A stretch of DNA of 64,000 nt, from IMG/VR virus record IMGVR_UViG_3300021599_002733; one strand, 5' to 3'. The stretch's first letter is position 1. Every line of letters begins with the position of its first letter. Under the pieces are notes generated by a model that saw only the letters and a list, made by a program, of their open reading frames with translations, searched no databases and was not told where the DNA came from. A program made the translations under genes and the position numbers. This DNA comes from a virus. This document shows, one piece after another, positions 1 to 8,804 of the stretch.

Positions 1-30
1 AATATAATCAAAAATACTCCAAGAAACATA

Positions 31-228
31 TCAAAAATATTTTTTGTTTAAAATATACCAAACCAAAGAACCAATAAACCCTCCATAAGTAGCAACACCA
101 GCTCCAATTCTAGGATACCAATCATCCAAATACCCACTGTCAAGCCATTCAGGGTAAAGAAAAATTCCAACATATCCTAATCCAACTACGGGAATTAAAT
201 GAAATATATGTTTGAGGATTTTTGTCAT
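31..228 (-). CDS. small membrane protein (2 TM)
   Basis: Two hydrophobic segments; overlaps stop/start of upstream gene. Confidence 0.6.
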   Translation of the reverse strand: MTKILKHIFHLIPVVGLGYVGIFLYPEWLDSGYLDDWYPRIGAGVATYGGFIGSLVWYILNKKYF

Positions 229-551
229 TTTTTCTTCTTTTTTTCTTCTAGTTCATTTAAATATTTTATTGCCTTTACAATTTCAGCACATTTTTCATAT
301 AGTTCATGTGCTTCATATTTAGGTAAATTCGTTTCCAACACGTATACAAAATCTTGTCTATCCACGGTCACATCCAATATCATCTCTTCTTCCTCTAAAA
401 AGACAGATAGAGCGGGGATATGGCGTTTTCTCCCTTTAAGGTTTTTCAAGATGGTTTCTACAAGAGCTTGGGCAATTCGAATATCACCTTTCTCGACCAT
501 ATTCTCAAATTCCTCACTGTTGTTAACTGAAAATTCTTCCATTTTTGTCAT
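225..551 (-). CDS. hypothetical protein with C-terminal UVR-like helix
   Basis: YEAHELYEKCAEIVK resembles the UVR E.YE.AA.I pattern; operon-coupled. Confidence 0.55.
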   Translation of the reverse strand: MTKMEEFSVNNSEEFENMVEKGDIRIAQALVETILKNLKGRKRHIPALSVFLEEEEMILDVTVDRQDFVYVLETNLPKYEAHELYEKCAEIVKAIKYLNELEEKKKKK

Positions 552-552
552 A

Positions 553-708
553 CTAAAATAATTTTAAAAACCCCGGGTCTATATCTTTTCCCTTTAGTTG
601 TTGTAACTTCTCATCATTTTTCAAGATCTTGTCTGCTAAACGTTCCAAATGTTTGGATTTTTGTTTTTCATAGTCTTTAACGATCTTGTTATGTTTTTTG
701 TTTTTCAT
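553..708 (-). CDS. small basic protein (51 aa, not in ORF track)
   Basis: Hand translation MKNKKHNKIVKDYEKQKSKHLERLADKILKNDEKLQQLKGKDIDPGFLKLF*; fills gap exactly; late-type motif ATATTTATC upstream. Confidence 0.65.
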   Translation of the reverse strand: MKNKKHNKIVKDYEKQKSKHLERLADKILKNDEKLQQLKGKDIDPGFLKLF

Positions 709-730
709 TTCAATGATAAATATTGAAAAT

Positions 731-1381
731 CTACTTATAAGATACTAGTGAATATGGATCGTCACTATCATCTTTATCTTGCAATCCAAGCTCGCGTAAC
801 ATTTTCATTTGATAGTCATCTAGTTTCATTTTTTCCTCCTCTAATTTCATTGTAACTGAACCATGACCTTCAAGTTTTTTAATTTCATTTTCAGTAAATA
901 CTTGACCATAGAATAGGAAATAGCAATTATAGCAAAGGAGTTGAACATTGTTTAATCCGTAGTGTTTTGTGTTTCCATCTTTAAAATGCATTATGAGAGG
1001 CATCTTATAGTCAGTTACTCGCCTTTCTCTAAAATCACAGTTACTACAGCATTCCTCTATCAAACCAGCTTCAACCATCCTATATTTTAGTTTTTCAGAG
1101 CTCCAATGCGAGGCATCTACTCTACCTTCAACAATATCTAGAATGGCTGGTTCTTTTTTATGGAAATTGGATTGTGTAATAAATTTTGGGATGCCTTTAC
1201 CACTTTGGTTTTTGTGTATCTCAAACAAACTTAAACCCGTTTCCTCATCTGTGTAAAATTTCATCCAAGGTTTCAAATGCTGGTAGGAACAGTTCAGGTA
1301 GCGAGCTGCAGCCTTAACAGATTTTGTTTTTTCCATTGCACTCAAAATCTCAGGTTTGCTTAAGTCTCTTCTTTTAGGCAT
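731..1381 (-). CDS. HTH + Zn-finger HNH-like nuclease domain protein
   Basis: N-terminal SVKAAARYLNCSY HTH; CSNC...HFKDGN...N.QLLCYNC HNH-like core. Confidence 0.65.
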   Translation of the reverse strand: MPKRRDLSKPEILSAMEKTKSVKAAARYLNCSYQHLKPWMKFYTDEETGLSLFEIHKNQSGKGIPKFITQSNFHKKEPAILDIVEGRVDASHWSSEKLKYRMVEAGLIEECCSNCDFRERRVTDYKMPLIMHFKDGNTKHYGLNNVQLLCYNCYFLFYGQVFTENEIKKLEGHGSVTMKLEEEKMKLDDYQMKMLRELGLQDKDDSDDPYSLVSYK

Positions 1382-1659
1382 TATTCTTCGTCGGGGATAT
1401 CGTTAATGTTGAGTTTGGATGGTTCTTCATCGTGTTCCTCTATTTTATCAAATCTTGCTTTTTGTTGAGATTTCAAATATTTTTCATATTGGTCATCCTC
1501 TAAAAACATCACTTCATTACATGTATGGTCTTTTTCTCCTAATGTAACAATAATTCCCTTTTTAGCTCCTGTTGTAGAACAATCAACACATGTTCTAGTT
1601 CCAGGTAGTGCTTTTAGGCGTAGTGGATTAATCTCATCTTGACAGTGGATACATTTCAT
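1381..1659 (-). CDS. TraR/DksA-type C4 zinc-finger protein
   Basis: CIHC.DEI...RLKALPGTRTCVDC. Confidence 0.75.
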   Translation of the reverse strand: MKCIHCQDEINPLRLKALPGTRTCVDCSTTGAKKGIIVTLGEKDHTCNEVMFLEDDQYEKYLKSQQKARFDKIEEHDEEPSKLNINDIPDEE

Positions 1660-1664
1660 AACTT

Positions 1665-2048
1665 TTATTTTAATTTATTTAGGTAAGTGTATAATTGGTT
1701 TGTATTTGTTATAATGGTACCTTTTCCATTTTCATCTATCATATTGTATGCTTTCCCTTCCAATAATTTTCTTTCCCCACACCACCATAAAATGATTCCT
1801 CCTTTTAAAGGGCCATATGCTTTTACAATTAGGTTTTCTATTAGCTGGAAGTATGGGTCTTCATATCTTATCATATCAACTCCCAAATCCAATAGGGCCT
1901 GTGAGCGATCATCCAATGTTGTAAGTGTATCAACCATAACCATAAAGAATTTTTTATCGCGTTTGGTAACGGATTTTTTATTTTCACTTACACTTACACC
2001 TTTCCCAGCAAATTCTTCTAGATTTTTGATATATATGTCCATAATCAT
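1665..2048 (-). CDS. hypothetical protein
   Basis: 127 aa ORF in gene-dense minus-strand run. Confidence 0.6.
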   Translation of the reverse strand: MIMDIYIKNLEEFAGKGVSVSENKKSVTKRDKKFFMVMVDTLTTLDDRSQALLDLGVDMIRYEDPYFQLIENLIVKAYGPLKGGIILWWCGERKLLEGKAYNMIDENGKGTIITNTNQLYTYLNKLK

Positions 2049-2051
2049 GTT

Positions 2052-2210
2052 TTAGATTTCTTTGATTTCAAATATTTGAAGGAATTCTTTTTGATCCAAT
2101 TGTTTAATTTGAGATATTAAATGGATAGCTTCTTGGAGATTGCTTGCTTTTATTTTTCCTTGTGGTTCTCTTTTAGAATCAAATTTGCTATAATAAATAT
2201 AAACTTTCAT
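2052..2210 (-). CDS. small hypothetical protein (52 aa, not in ORF track)
   Basis: MKVYIYYSKFDSKREPQGKIKASNLQEAIHLISQIKQLDQKEFLQIFEIKEI*; AAAGTTATG start right after promoter 2226-2256. Confidence 0.65.
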   Translation of the reverse strand: MKVYIYYSKFDSKREPQGKIKASNLQEAIHLISQIKQLDQKEFLQIFEIKEI

Positions 2211-2225
2211 AACTTTTAATTTTCT

Positions 2226-2256
2226 TCAATATACAAAAAATATTTTTAAAAGACAA
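2226..2256 (-). promoter_or_regulatory. host-RNAP-type (early/middle) promoter TTG-N20-TATATTGA
   Basis: Same exact spacing recurs at >10 intergenic sites; resembles Bacteroidota -33 TTTG / -7 TAnnTTTG. Confidence 0.65.
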
Positions 2257-2261
2257 GTCTT

Positions 2262-3017
2262 TTATATAAATTTTAAATTTGTTAAAGGATCATGTTTGAT
2301 ATGAGTTCCCCACTTATATTTAGCATACATATGACCGTTTTGCTCTGCTTGTTGTCTTTTTTCCCCATTTGTGGAGGCAGAGGCAAAATGATAGAAGTGG
2401 CAATTCCATGTTCGAATCATTTTAAGTCCACTCAATTGACATTTCAAAAAGAAATCCCAGTCAGCAACCATACCCATCTGGTAGTTCTCATCCCATCCTC
2501 CTACTTTCAAGTAATCTATTTTAGACATAAAGATAGGTAAAGTAGAGCCACATTCCTCCACTTTACCACCAGAGGCGTAGTGGTATTCAAATAATCTAAA
2601 TTTTTCCAAGTCAAATGTTTGTGGTTCTGTTCCAAGATCCTCTATGATGAATTGCTTGAACATTGAAGGGTAAGGCTCTATTTGATTAGGTGATATTACT
2701 GCTCCTTCTTGCCAATCATCCTCTAATGTTGTATCCCAAAAGCGAGGAAACACATTATCGTCATTCACTATTAATATTTTCTCGTGTTGAGCGTTGTATA
2801 CACCCAAATTTGTTCCCCTACATAAGCCAACATTTTCCTCTAAATTTAGAATGTCTATATGTTCAGAATATTTTTCAAGTACTTCTTTGTTTATGTCATA
2901 AAAACCATCCACAACAACAATAATTTGGTTTTTGTTCTGTTGACCCTCAATTGCTGAACGTAAACACAAATCTAGCATTTCTGGTGATTTGTAAGTTGGT
3001 ATAATTACAGATATCAT
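2262..3017 (-). CDS. glycosyltransferase family 2
   Basis: MISVIIPTY, VVVDG, NDDN (DxD), GGWDE, DWDF motifs. Confidence 0.9.
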   Translation of the reverse strand: MISVIIPTYKSPEMLDLCLRSAIEGQQNKNQIIVVVDGFYDINKEVLEKYSEHIDILNLEENVGLCRGTNLGVYNAQHEKILIVNDDNVFPRFWDTTLEDDWQEGAVISPNQIEPYPSMFKQFIIEDLGTEPQTFDLEKFRLFEYHYASGGKVEECGSTLPIFMSKIDYLKVGGWDENYQMGMVADWDFFLKCQLSGLKMIRTWNCHFYHFASASTNGEKRQQAEQNGHMYAKYKWGTHIKHDPLTNLKFI

Positions 3018-3706
3018 ATTTTACCCCAGTTTATGGTTGGTGAAAGCATATTCCCTTCTACGTGTGTTGAATATCCAGGAACACAAGATATTAAGTTGGA
3101 TCCAATGCTCCAAAGGTGAGTAAATTTATCGTGGTCTTTTGTCCATTTTTCAACTAAATCGCAATATTGAACATGGATATCAAAATGTTGTTTTAACGTT
3201 TTAAATTTACAAGCATATGTGTTTGTGGTTGAGGGTGTTGTACGCCAATGAATTGTAGGGGTTGCTATGATTTTGGATTGTAGAGATTCATACATTGGGA
3301 GATAGTATTTGTCTGGGTGGTCATATAGGGTGTAGTAATCTGCTCCTATATATTCAAATCCTTCAAGTAAAATATCTACCCATCCGGGTTTATGTAGGTA
3401 ATCGTCTTCTAGAAAATATATAATATCTTCATCACTATAGTTTTGCTCTATAACATAGTTTAAAAGGTTTAAGAATGATTGAGCATCGTTTCCTCCTTTT
3501 ACAGATACTTTATTTACGTTTTTACCATTTAGAAAATGTTCTTCAATACTACCATTCCCCGAGTCATGGAATGCTGTATATTCTACTCTGTTATCTAGAG
3601 TTGAGATAAGCGAGTCAAATATTTTTTCCCTGTCAAACCAATCGGGGCGTGGTTTGTTGTGTGAGTTTGAGGAGAAATTACAGTGACGTTGAAATACTCG
3701 TATCAT
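3014..3706 (-). CDS. putative glycosyltransferase (GT-A fold)
   Basis: IIYFLEDDYLH DxD motif; GYSTH C-terminal His; cluster context. Confidence 0.7.
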   Translation of the reverse strand: MIRVFQRHCNFSSNSHNKPRPDWFDREKIFDSLISTLDNRVEYTAFHDSGNGSIEEHFLNGKNVNKVSVKGGNDAQSFLNLLNYVIEQNYSDEDIIYFLEDDYLHKPGWVDILLEGFEYIGADYYTLYDHPDKYYLPMYESLQSKIIATPTIHWRTTPSTTNTYACKFKTLKQHFDIHVQYCDLVEKWTKDHDKFTHLWSIGSNLISCVPGYSTHVEGNMLSPTINWGKI

Positions 3707-4557
3707 AAATTAAAATATTTAAAAATTTTTTCAAAGGTTAATTTTACATCAGTTTGTTGTTGAGTTTCTAGATTTTGTAGGTGATCAATTAATAGATGCC
3801 TAGTTGAATTAGCATATTCTAAATCATCCATCCCATAAGCTATCCCATATTTAAAAGCAGGTTGTGTTTGAACGATTGTTTCCTTTGAAACATCTTTATA
3901 AGGTACAATTATACTTTCACACCCACACTGAGCTGCTAAAACATTTAAATAAGTTTCAGTATCATAACTATAAAATCTTTTACAAGTATTAAATAAATTT
4001 ATTAAATTTTCATCAGAAGTGTTATATTGGATTTCTATTGAATTTGGGGGGTGAATTGGTTGGAGGGAATTTTTTTCGTTTGATTTTTTTCTGTAGGTAA
4101 AGCAAGCATCTATTTTTCGTTCTAGTCCGTAATCTTTAAAAGTATCTAGTTTAGGATCTATTATATGTAAGTAATTTGGTTCCCTTAACCCATCATAAAA
4201 ATGTTCATGGAAATACAACCAATAATCATTTTCACTCCAAGTAACAATATTGTTATCGTATTGTGGAAGGTGGTGGTGGTTTAAAATATATCTAACTATG
4301 TTTTCCCCCCCAAAAGGATTACCAGGTTCAATTTCGGGATATATTACTATATCAGTTTCTGGGTTTATAGAGTCTGCTATTTTAGTTGAGTAATTTTCAT
4401 TTAAAATGAAGTAATCTATAGGACCGTTTAATTTTAAAGTAGGGTATAAACTAGCATCATATCCTAAATTATTCAACATATGACACAGTTTATGAAGTAC
4501 TATAACCCCACCAATGGAAGGGGAATATGAAGGTGCGGCTATTATTATTTTATTCAT
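3703..4557 (-). CDS. putative glycosyltransferase-like (GT-B) protein
   Basis: GGVIVLHKLC..L N-terminus, IVIYPE, FYSYD..TYL...AAQCGC; start placed at MNKIII. Confidence 0.55.
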   Translation of the reverse strand: MNKIIIAAPSYSPSIGGVIVLHKLCHMLNNLGYDASLYPTLKLNGPIDYFILNENYSTKIADSINPETDIVIYPEIEPGNPFGGENIVRYILNHHHLPQYDNNIVTWSENDYWLYFHEHFYDGLREPNYLHIIDPKLDTFKDYGLERKIDACFTYRKKSNEKNSLQPIHPPNSIEIQYNTSDENLINLFNTCKRFYSYDTETYLNVLAAQCGCESIIVPYKDVSKETIVQTQPAFKYGIAYGMDDLEYANSTRHLLIDHLQNLETQQQTDVKLTFEKIFKYFNL

Positions 4558-4558
4558 T

Positions 4559-5143
4559 TTATTTTTTAGCGGGAGTACCAACATAAACCCCAGATTCTAC
4601 AATATCTTTTACTACTCCAGCATTTAAGCCAATAGTAGATAAATTATGTATAGATATTTTTTGTTTAATGGATGCATTAGTTCCTATATAAACGCAATCA
4701 TGTATTCTACAGTTACCTGATATTTTAGCTCCAGGAGCTGTAGTGAAATAGTCTCCTATTTCACAATCATGGCCTATAGTGGTTTGAAGGTTCAGATGTG
4801 CATGATCTCCAACAACAATATTTGTTGTTAAAATACACCCAACACATACAATACTACCTTTTCCAATTTGTACATCATTTCCCAAAATTTGAGCGGATTG
4901 ATGTATAAAAGTAAAGTATTGAGTTTCTTTAGGTAAACGTTGAACCATATTAAACCTATCTTTAGGGTCACCAATTGCAACTAAAGCTTCATGTCTTGTT
5001 GGATCAAATTCAGATAGAGGGAATATATGCTCACTATTTTCTTTCCAATACTGGTCATCTATAAAGCATTTCATGATGGGATTTCCCATATGAGCCTTTA
5101 TTTCTCTAGCAAACCCACCTGCTCCTATTAATACTTTTTCCAT
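4559..5143 (-). CDS. sugar O/N-acetyltransferase (NeuD/PglD family)
   Basis: IGAGGFAREI Rossmann start, VAIGDP, hexapeptide repeats, IGHD, VGTPAK. Confidence 0.9.
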   Translation of the reverse strand: MEKVLIGAGGFAREIKAHMGNPIMKCFIDDQYWKENSEHIFPLSEFDPTRHEALVAIGDPKDRFNMVQRLPKETQYFTFIHQSAQILGNDVQIGKGSIVCVGCILTTNIVVGDHAHLNLQTTIGHDCEIGDYFTTAPGAKISGNCRIHDCVYIGTNASIKQKISIHNLSTIGLNAGVVKDIVESGVYVGTPAKK

Positions 5144-5778
5144 TATCTGTTTGATTTAGTGTAAATTTCAAATTTAGATAAGTCTGGGTAGGGAAGCTCA
5201 AGGTCTTCATTGTGTTTTGGTTTCCCATTCATATCATAGAATTGGTTCATAAGCAACAATCCACGAGCAGCTAATTCAGGCATCATGTAAAAATTCCACC
5301 CTAACATGTCTAAATTGTCATCGTGGTAAGAACATTCACGTCTACCACTATACCTTGCTCGTTTAAACCAAAGATATGCTTCGTGACTATCGGTTAAAAT
5401 AGCTCCACCTTTAGATAGCTTAAAATGTTTGTATGGACCCGTAAATGAAACACACATATGAGTTCCTGGTTTGTACATATTTGAAGTGAAAGATAAAGCA
5501 GAGTCCCAAACGTTAGTTGGTTCTAATTGGTAGGCACCCTTAATTGTTTTACCTTTAACTTCTCTAAATTTTACTTTAGCTCCGGCGTGTATGATTTCGC
5601 ATGGTACTGAAGGATATGTACGGGATGGTATAGTGATTTCTGTCCCATTAACTTTCTCATACATTAATGCTAGAAACAGAGCATTTGATTGGTTATCCAC
5701 TGTTACAACATATGGTGCTCCTGTATAGTCAGATAAACGTTTTTCAAATTCATTTGTTATATCATATACATTTTTCAT
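5143..5778 (-). CDS. DegT/DnrJ/EryC1-family PLP sugar aminotransferase (short form)
   Basis: FEKRLSDYTG...SNALFLAL, DSA, SFTGPYKH (PLP Lys), GGAILTD, GWNFYM. Confidence 0.8.
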   Translation of the reverse strand: MKNVYDITNEFEKRLSDYTGAPYVVTVDNQSNALFLALMYEKVNGTEITIPSRTYPSVPCEIIHAGAKVKFREVKGKTIKGAYQLEPTNVWDSALSFTSNMYKPGTHMCVSFTGPYKHFKLSKGGAILTDSHEAYLWFKRARYSGRRECSYHDDNLDMLGWNFYMMPELAARGLLLMNQFYDMNGKPKHNEDLELPYPDLSKFEIYTKSNR

Positions 5779-6566
5779 ATTTCTATTACTTGTTGGTTTG
5801 GGTATTGGAAATGGCATATTCCCTCTACCATTATATTTTTATGACTACAATCTTGTATATTGTATTTTTTTACTATTTGAAGTAAAGATACATATTTTTC
5901 TTGAGGGATCAAATGATATTTTGAAAGATTGTTTCTTTCTACACATTGTTTTAAAAAAGATTCACATGACCATCCTTCAATATATTCCCAAATTTTCCCA
6001 CTATAATTTGAAATATTTTGAATATATTCATATGTTTCATCCATATATGTTTTATCACTAATATAATCGCATTTGGGGATGTTTAGAAAATAAAAGTTTC
6101 CTTGAGGGTAAAAATCTTCATCAATTATCCTTTTAAAATCAAAATCATATTGTACCATCCCACCATAACCAATCCCATTCAAATAATAAAAATCAGCTTC
6201 CTCTACTTGCTTATCTAAAATAGATTTTTGAATGATTACATCATTTGATACTTTACAAAGCCATTCTTCATTATTCTCTTTACACCAATCAAAAATTAAA
6301 TTTTCTAAATCAATATACCCATGGTTATGTCCTCTATTTACTTTAGAATCTAAAATAACACAATTTGGGAAATATTTTTTCCACATTTGAGTATTTTCTT
6401 TTTGAAGGGGAGAACTATAGTTAGTAGATACTATAACTTGCTTAAATTCTTTTAAAACTGGGAGGTTATAAAGGATATATTGTTCTAAGAGATCTATATC
6501 ATCTTGGGATGAAATATATCCCATACCCCCATAAATTGATTTGTTTATTAGTTCTTTTAAAACCAT
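5775..6566 (-). CDS. putative glycosyltransferase-like protein
   Basis: NRGHNHG..DL...WLCKVSNDVII resembles GT-A core; cluster context. Confidence 0.45.
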   Translation of the reverse strand: MVLKELINKSIYGGMGYISSQDDIDLLEQYILYNLPVLKEFKQVIVSTNYSSPLQKENTQMWKKYFPNCVILDSKVNRGHNHGYIDLENLIFDWCKENNEEWLCKVSNDVIIQKSILDKQVEEADFYYLNGIGYGGMVQYDFDFKRIIDEDFYPQGNFYFLNIPKCDYISDKTYMDETYEYIQNISNYSGKIWEYIEGWSCESFLKQCVERNNLSKYHLIPQEKYVSLLQIVKKYNIQDCSHKNIMVEGICHFQYPNQQVIEI

Positions 6567-6567
6567 T

Positions 6568-7161
6568 TTATTTCTTTTTACCCCAAAACATTAAGTCACA
6601 GTGGTTGGTTTCTATTGAAAATTCATATGAATCGAAGATTCCATCAATATCACAAAATTCTCTAATATCTTCTTCTGTTACATTTTTATAGTATTCATTA
6701 TCCCAATCTTCCCTTTCAACGTTTGGCATTGTTTTCCAATTATCTATTAGGTTTCCTTGAGATGTTTTCCCTTTTGCTTTATCGATAGCATCTTGTGTTG
6801 CAGTCCCATGCACAGGTCTTCCAGTTGTAGCGCAAGTCCATATAAAATAACCACCAGATTTTAACATACGAATAGCATTCATAATACTTTCTTTATAGAA
6901 TGGATTATGTTCCCAACATTCACATGATATAATAGTGTCAAACGTTCCATCAGGAGCATCATATTCATTTGCGGGACAAGCAACATCTACCCCAGGTCCT
7001 GGGAGCAAATCTAGTCCTATAAAGTCACAGTTATCAAACCATGGTTTTTCATTTCCATTAACATCGAATGAACCAATATCCAATACTTTACAATTTTGAA
7101 ATGAATTTGGAAATTGATTTTTCATCCTATCTAAATAATCTCGTTGTTCTTTATGTGCCAT
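6568..7161 (-). CDS. SAM-dependent methyltransferase
   Basis: VLDIGS motif I, GLDL, FDTIISCECWEH, LKSGG. Confidence 0.88.
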   Translation of the reverse strand: MAHKEQRDYLDRMKNQFPNSFQNCKVLDIGSFDVNGNEKPWFDNCDFIGLDLLPGPGVDVACPANEYDAPDGTFDTIISCECWEHNPFYKESIMNAIRMLKSGGYFIWTCATTGRPVHGTATQDAIDKAKGKTSQGNLIDNWKTMPNVEREDWDNEYYKNVTEEDIREFCDIDGIFDSYEFSIETNHCDLMFWGKKK

Positions 7162-7167
7162 AGTTGT

Positions 7168-7791
7168 TTAAATTTCGTTATATAACTGGTTTTGTTTTTC
7201 TTGTTTCTCTATGGTTTTAGGGTGGTATAGGGCTAGTTCCTCCATTTCTGGCAGGTCTGTTATAGTTTTAAAACCAATTAAAGTTTCATGTACTTTATTT
7301 TCCCACTTGATTTCGGGGGTGTTTTTGTAGATGCGCATTTGCCTATCAGGCCAATTAATCCAACCATTTCCATTTACTCTCCAACCCCATACTCGAATAT
7401 GTTCTTCTGTAATACCTTTTACAGTATTAACTCTAGGAACTCTATAAACGTCAATATCTGGGTTTAGCTCTAGTATGCTAGGTAGATTTTCAACTAGGTA
7501 TTGGTTGGGGATTTCATCGGCATCAATGTTTACTATATAATCTCCACTACACAGACTGGTTAATTTATTCTTCCAGTCTGCAAAGTGTCGATCGAATTTC
7601 CCTTTATGCCAGGCAAATTCTCCATTAATTGAATGGGTCCTTAAAAAGGTTTCCACTTCCGAATCACCATTTGCTTCATCATATAGTATTACAATATTGT
7701 CTTGTGAACGTTTGTGTTGAAGCAAAAAGTGCACTAAACGTTGAATTTCTACAAATTCTCGACATACTGTAATTGCGTATGTTATTTTCAT
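7168..7791 (-). CDS. glycosyltransferase family 2
   Basis: IDADE, WPD.Q.R, VHE motifs. Confidence 0.88.
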   Translation of the reverse strand: MKITYAITVCREFVEIQRLVHFLLQHKRSQDNIVILYDEANGDSEVETFLRTHSINGEFAWHKGKFDRHFADWKNKLTSLCSGDYIVNIDADEIPNQYLVENLPSILELNPDIDVYRVPRVNTVKGITEEHIRVWGWRVNGNGWINWPDRQMRIYKNTPEIKWENKVHETLIGFKTITDLPEMEELALYHPKTIEKQEKQNQLYNEI

Positions 7792-7803
7792 ATAAATATT
7801 GGG

Positions 7804-8256
7804 TTACTCAGGTAATACTCCAATATACGAAAGAGCTTCTATATAATCACGCTCTTCAAAAACTTTCATATTTACCATATCCATCTTGTGAGTTTGGGTT
7901 TTACCCATTACTTCTTTTCTTTCTCCCTCAGGTACCTCAATTGCTTTTACAGCACCCCATCCCCAACTTGAAGCATTTGGACCATATGCAAACACCATAC
8001 CTTGTTCAGGGATGTTGATTGTGTTTGGGAGCCATACAAGATTTGTTTCTGAATCTTTCCAAGCTAGTTCCTTGTATAGTTCTGGGATGTCTTGCATTTG
8101 GGTTTCATAAAATTCTTCTCCTTCTTTCATAAAGGTATTTGTCCAAAACCCACAAGACAAGCTCAAATATGTTGCTATTTCAGGGTTAATTTGAGTTTTG
8201 TAGCAGAGGTCTCCTCCACTTTTAGGGCAATTGATTATTTCTTCTGTTGATATCAT
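7804..8256 (-). CDS. hypothetical protein (Cys-containing N-terminus)
   Basis: 150 aa ORF, CPKSGGDLC...SCGFW. Confidence 0.6.
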   Translation of the reverse strand: MISTEEIINCPKSGGDLCYKTQINPEIATYLSLSCGFWTNTFMKEGEEFYETQMQDIPELYKELAWKDSETNLVWLPNTINIPEQGMVFAYGPNASSWGWGAVKAIEVPEGERKEVMGKTQTHKMDMVNMKVFEERDYIEALSYIGVLPE

Positions 8257-8261
8257 GGTGT

Positions 8262-8804
8262 TTATTTTTTTCTTATTATAAATTCATTTGATCTTTTTTC
8301 TATATCAAATTGTTCTTTACTTACAAATTTATCAACTATTTTAGAAAATACTTTCATTCTTAAATTCCCATAACTGTCTTTGGAATATGCTTTAAAATAC
8401 AATATAGGATATTGATTTTTTTCTATAAAAGGTAATATTTCATCTTTGCATATTTTGGAAACAGTATCTAAATAGTTTTTCCCTTTTAATTCTTTCTGCT
8501 TAGCAAACCCATCATCCTTTTCAGGAAAGTAAAAATCTAAGATCCAATAGTGGTTTTCATCGTATCCACCCTCTTTTAAAGTTACAACAAAATAAGGATC
8601 ATCTTCATGTTTTATTTTAAACATCATCTCACCACTATCTCTTACAATTTTTTCATAATCGTAACTTAATTCAGGGTTTAGAAATTCTGTAAGTATAGTA
8701 TTGGCAAAAAAATAATATTCTTGTAATCCTTTATTTTTTAATAGTTTTACATCTTCATGGAATAAGATCTCAATAAGTTTCCATTCGTTAAACTGTTTAT
8801 CCAT
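8262..8804 (-). CDS. accessory protein, paralogue-like of 29559-30047 and 42495-42956
   Basis: Shared C-terminal pattern T/A(V/I)....FI.K.....F......R.K(V/L)(F/Y). Confidence 0.5.
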   Translation of the reverse strand: MDKQFNEWKLIEILFHEDVKLLKNKGLQEYYFFANTILTEFLNPELSYDYEKIVRDSGEMMFKIKHEDDPYFVVTLKEGGYDENHYWILDFYFPEKDDGFAKQKELKGKNYLDTVSKICKDEILPFIEKNQYPILYFKAYSKDSYGNLRMKVFSKIVDKFVSKEQFDIEKRSNEFIIRKK

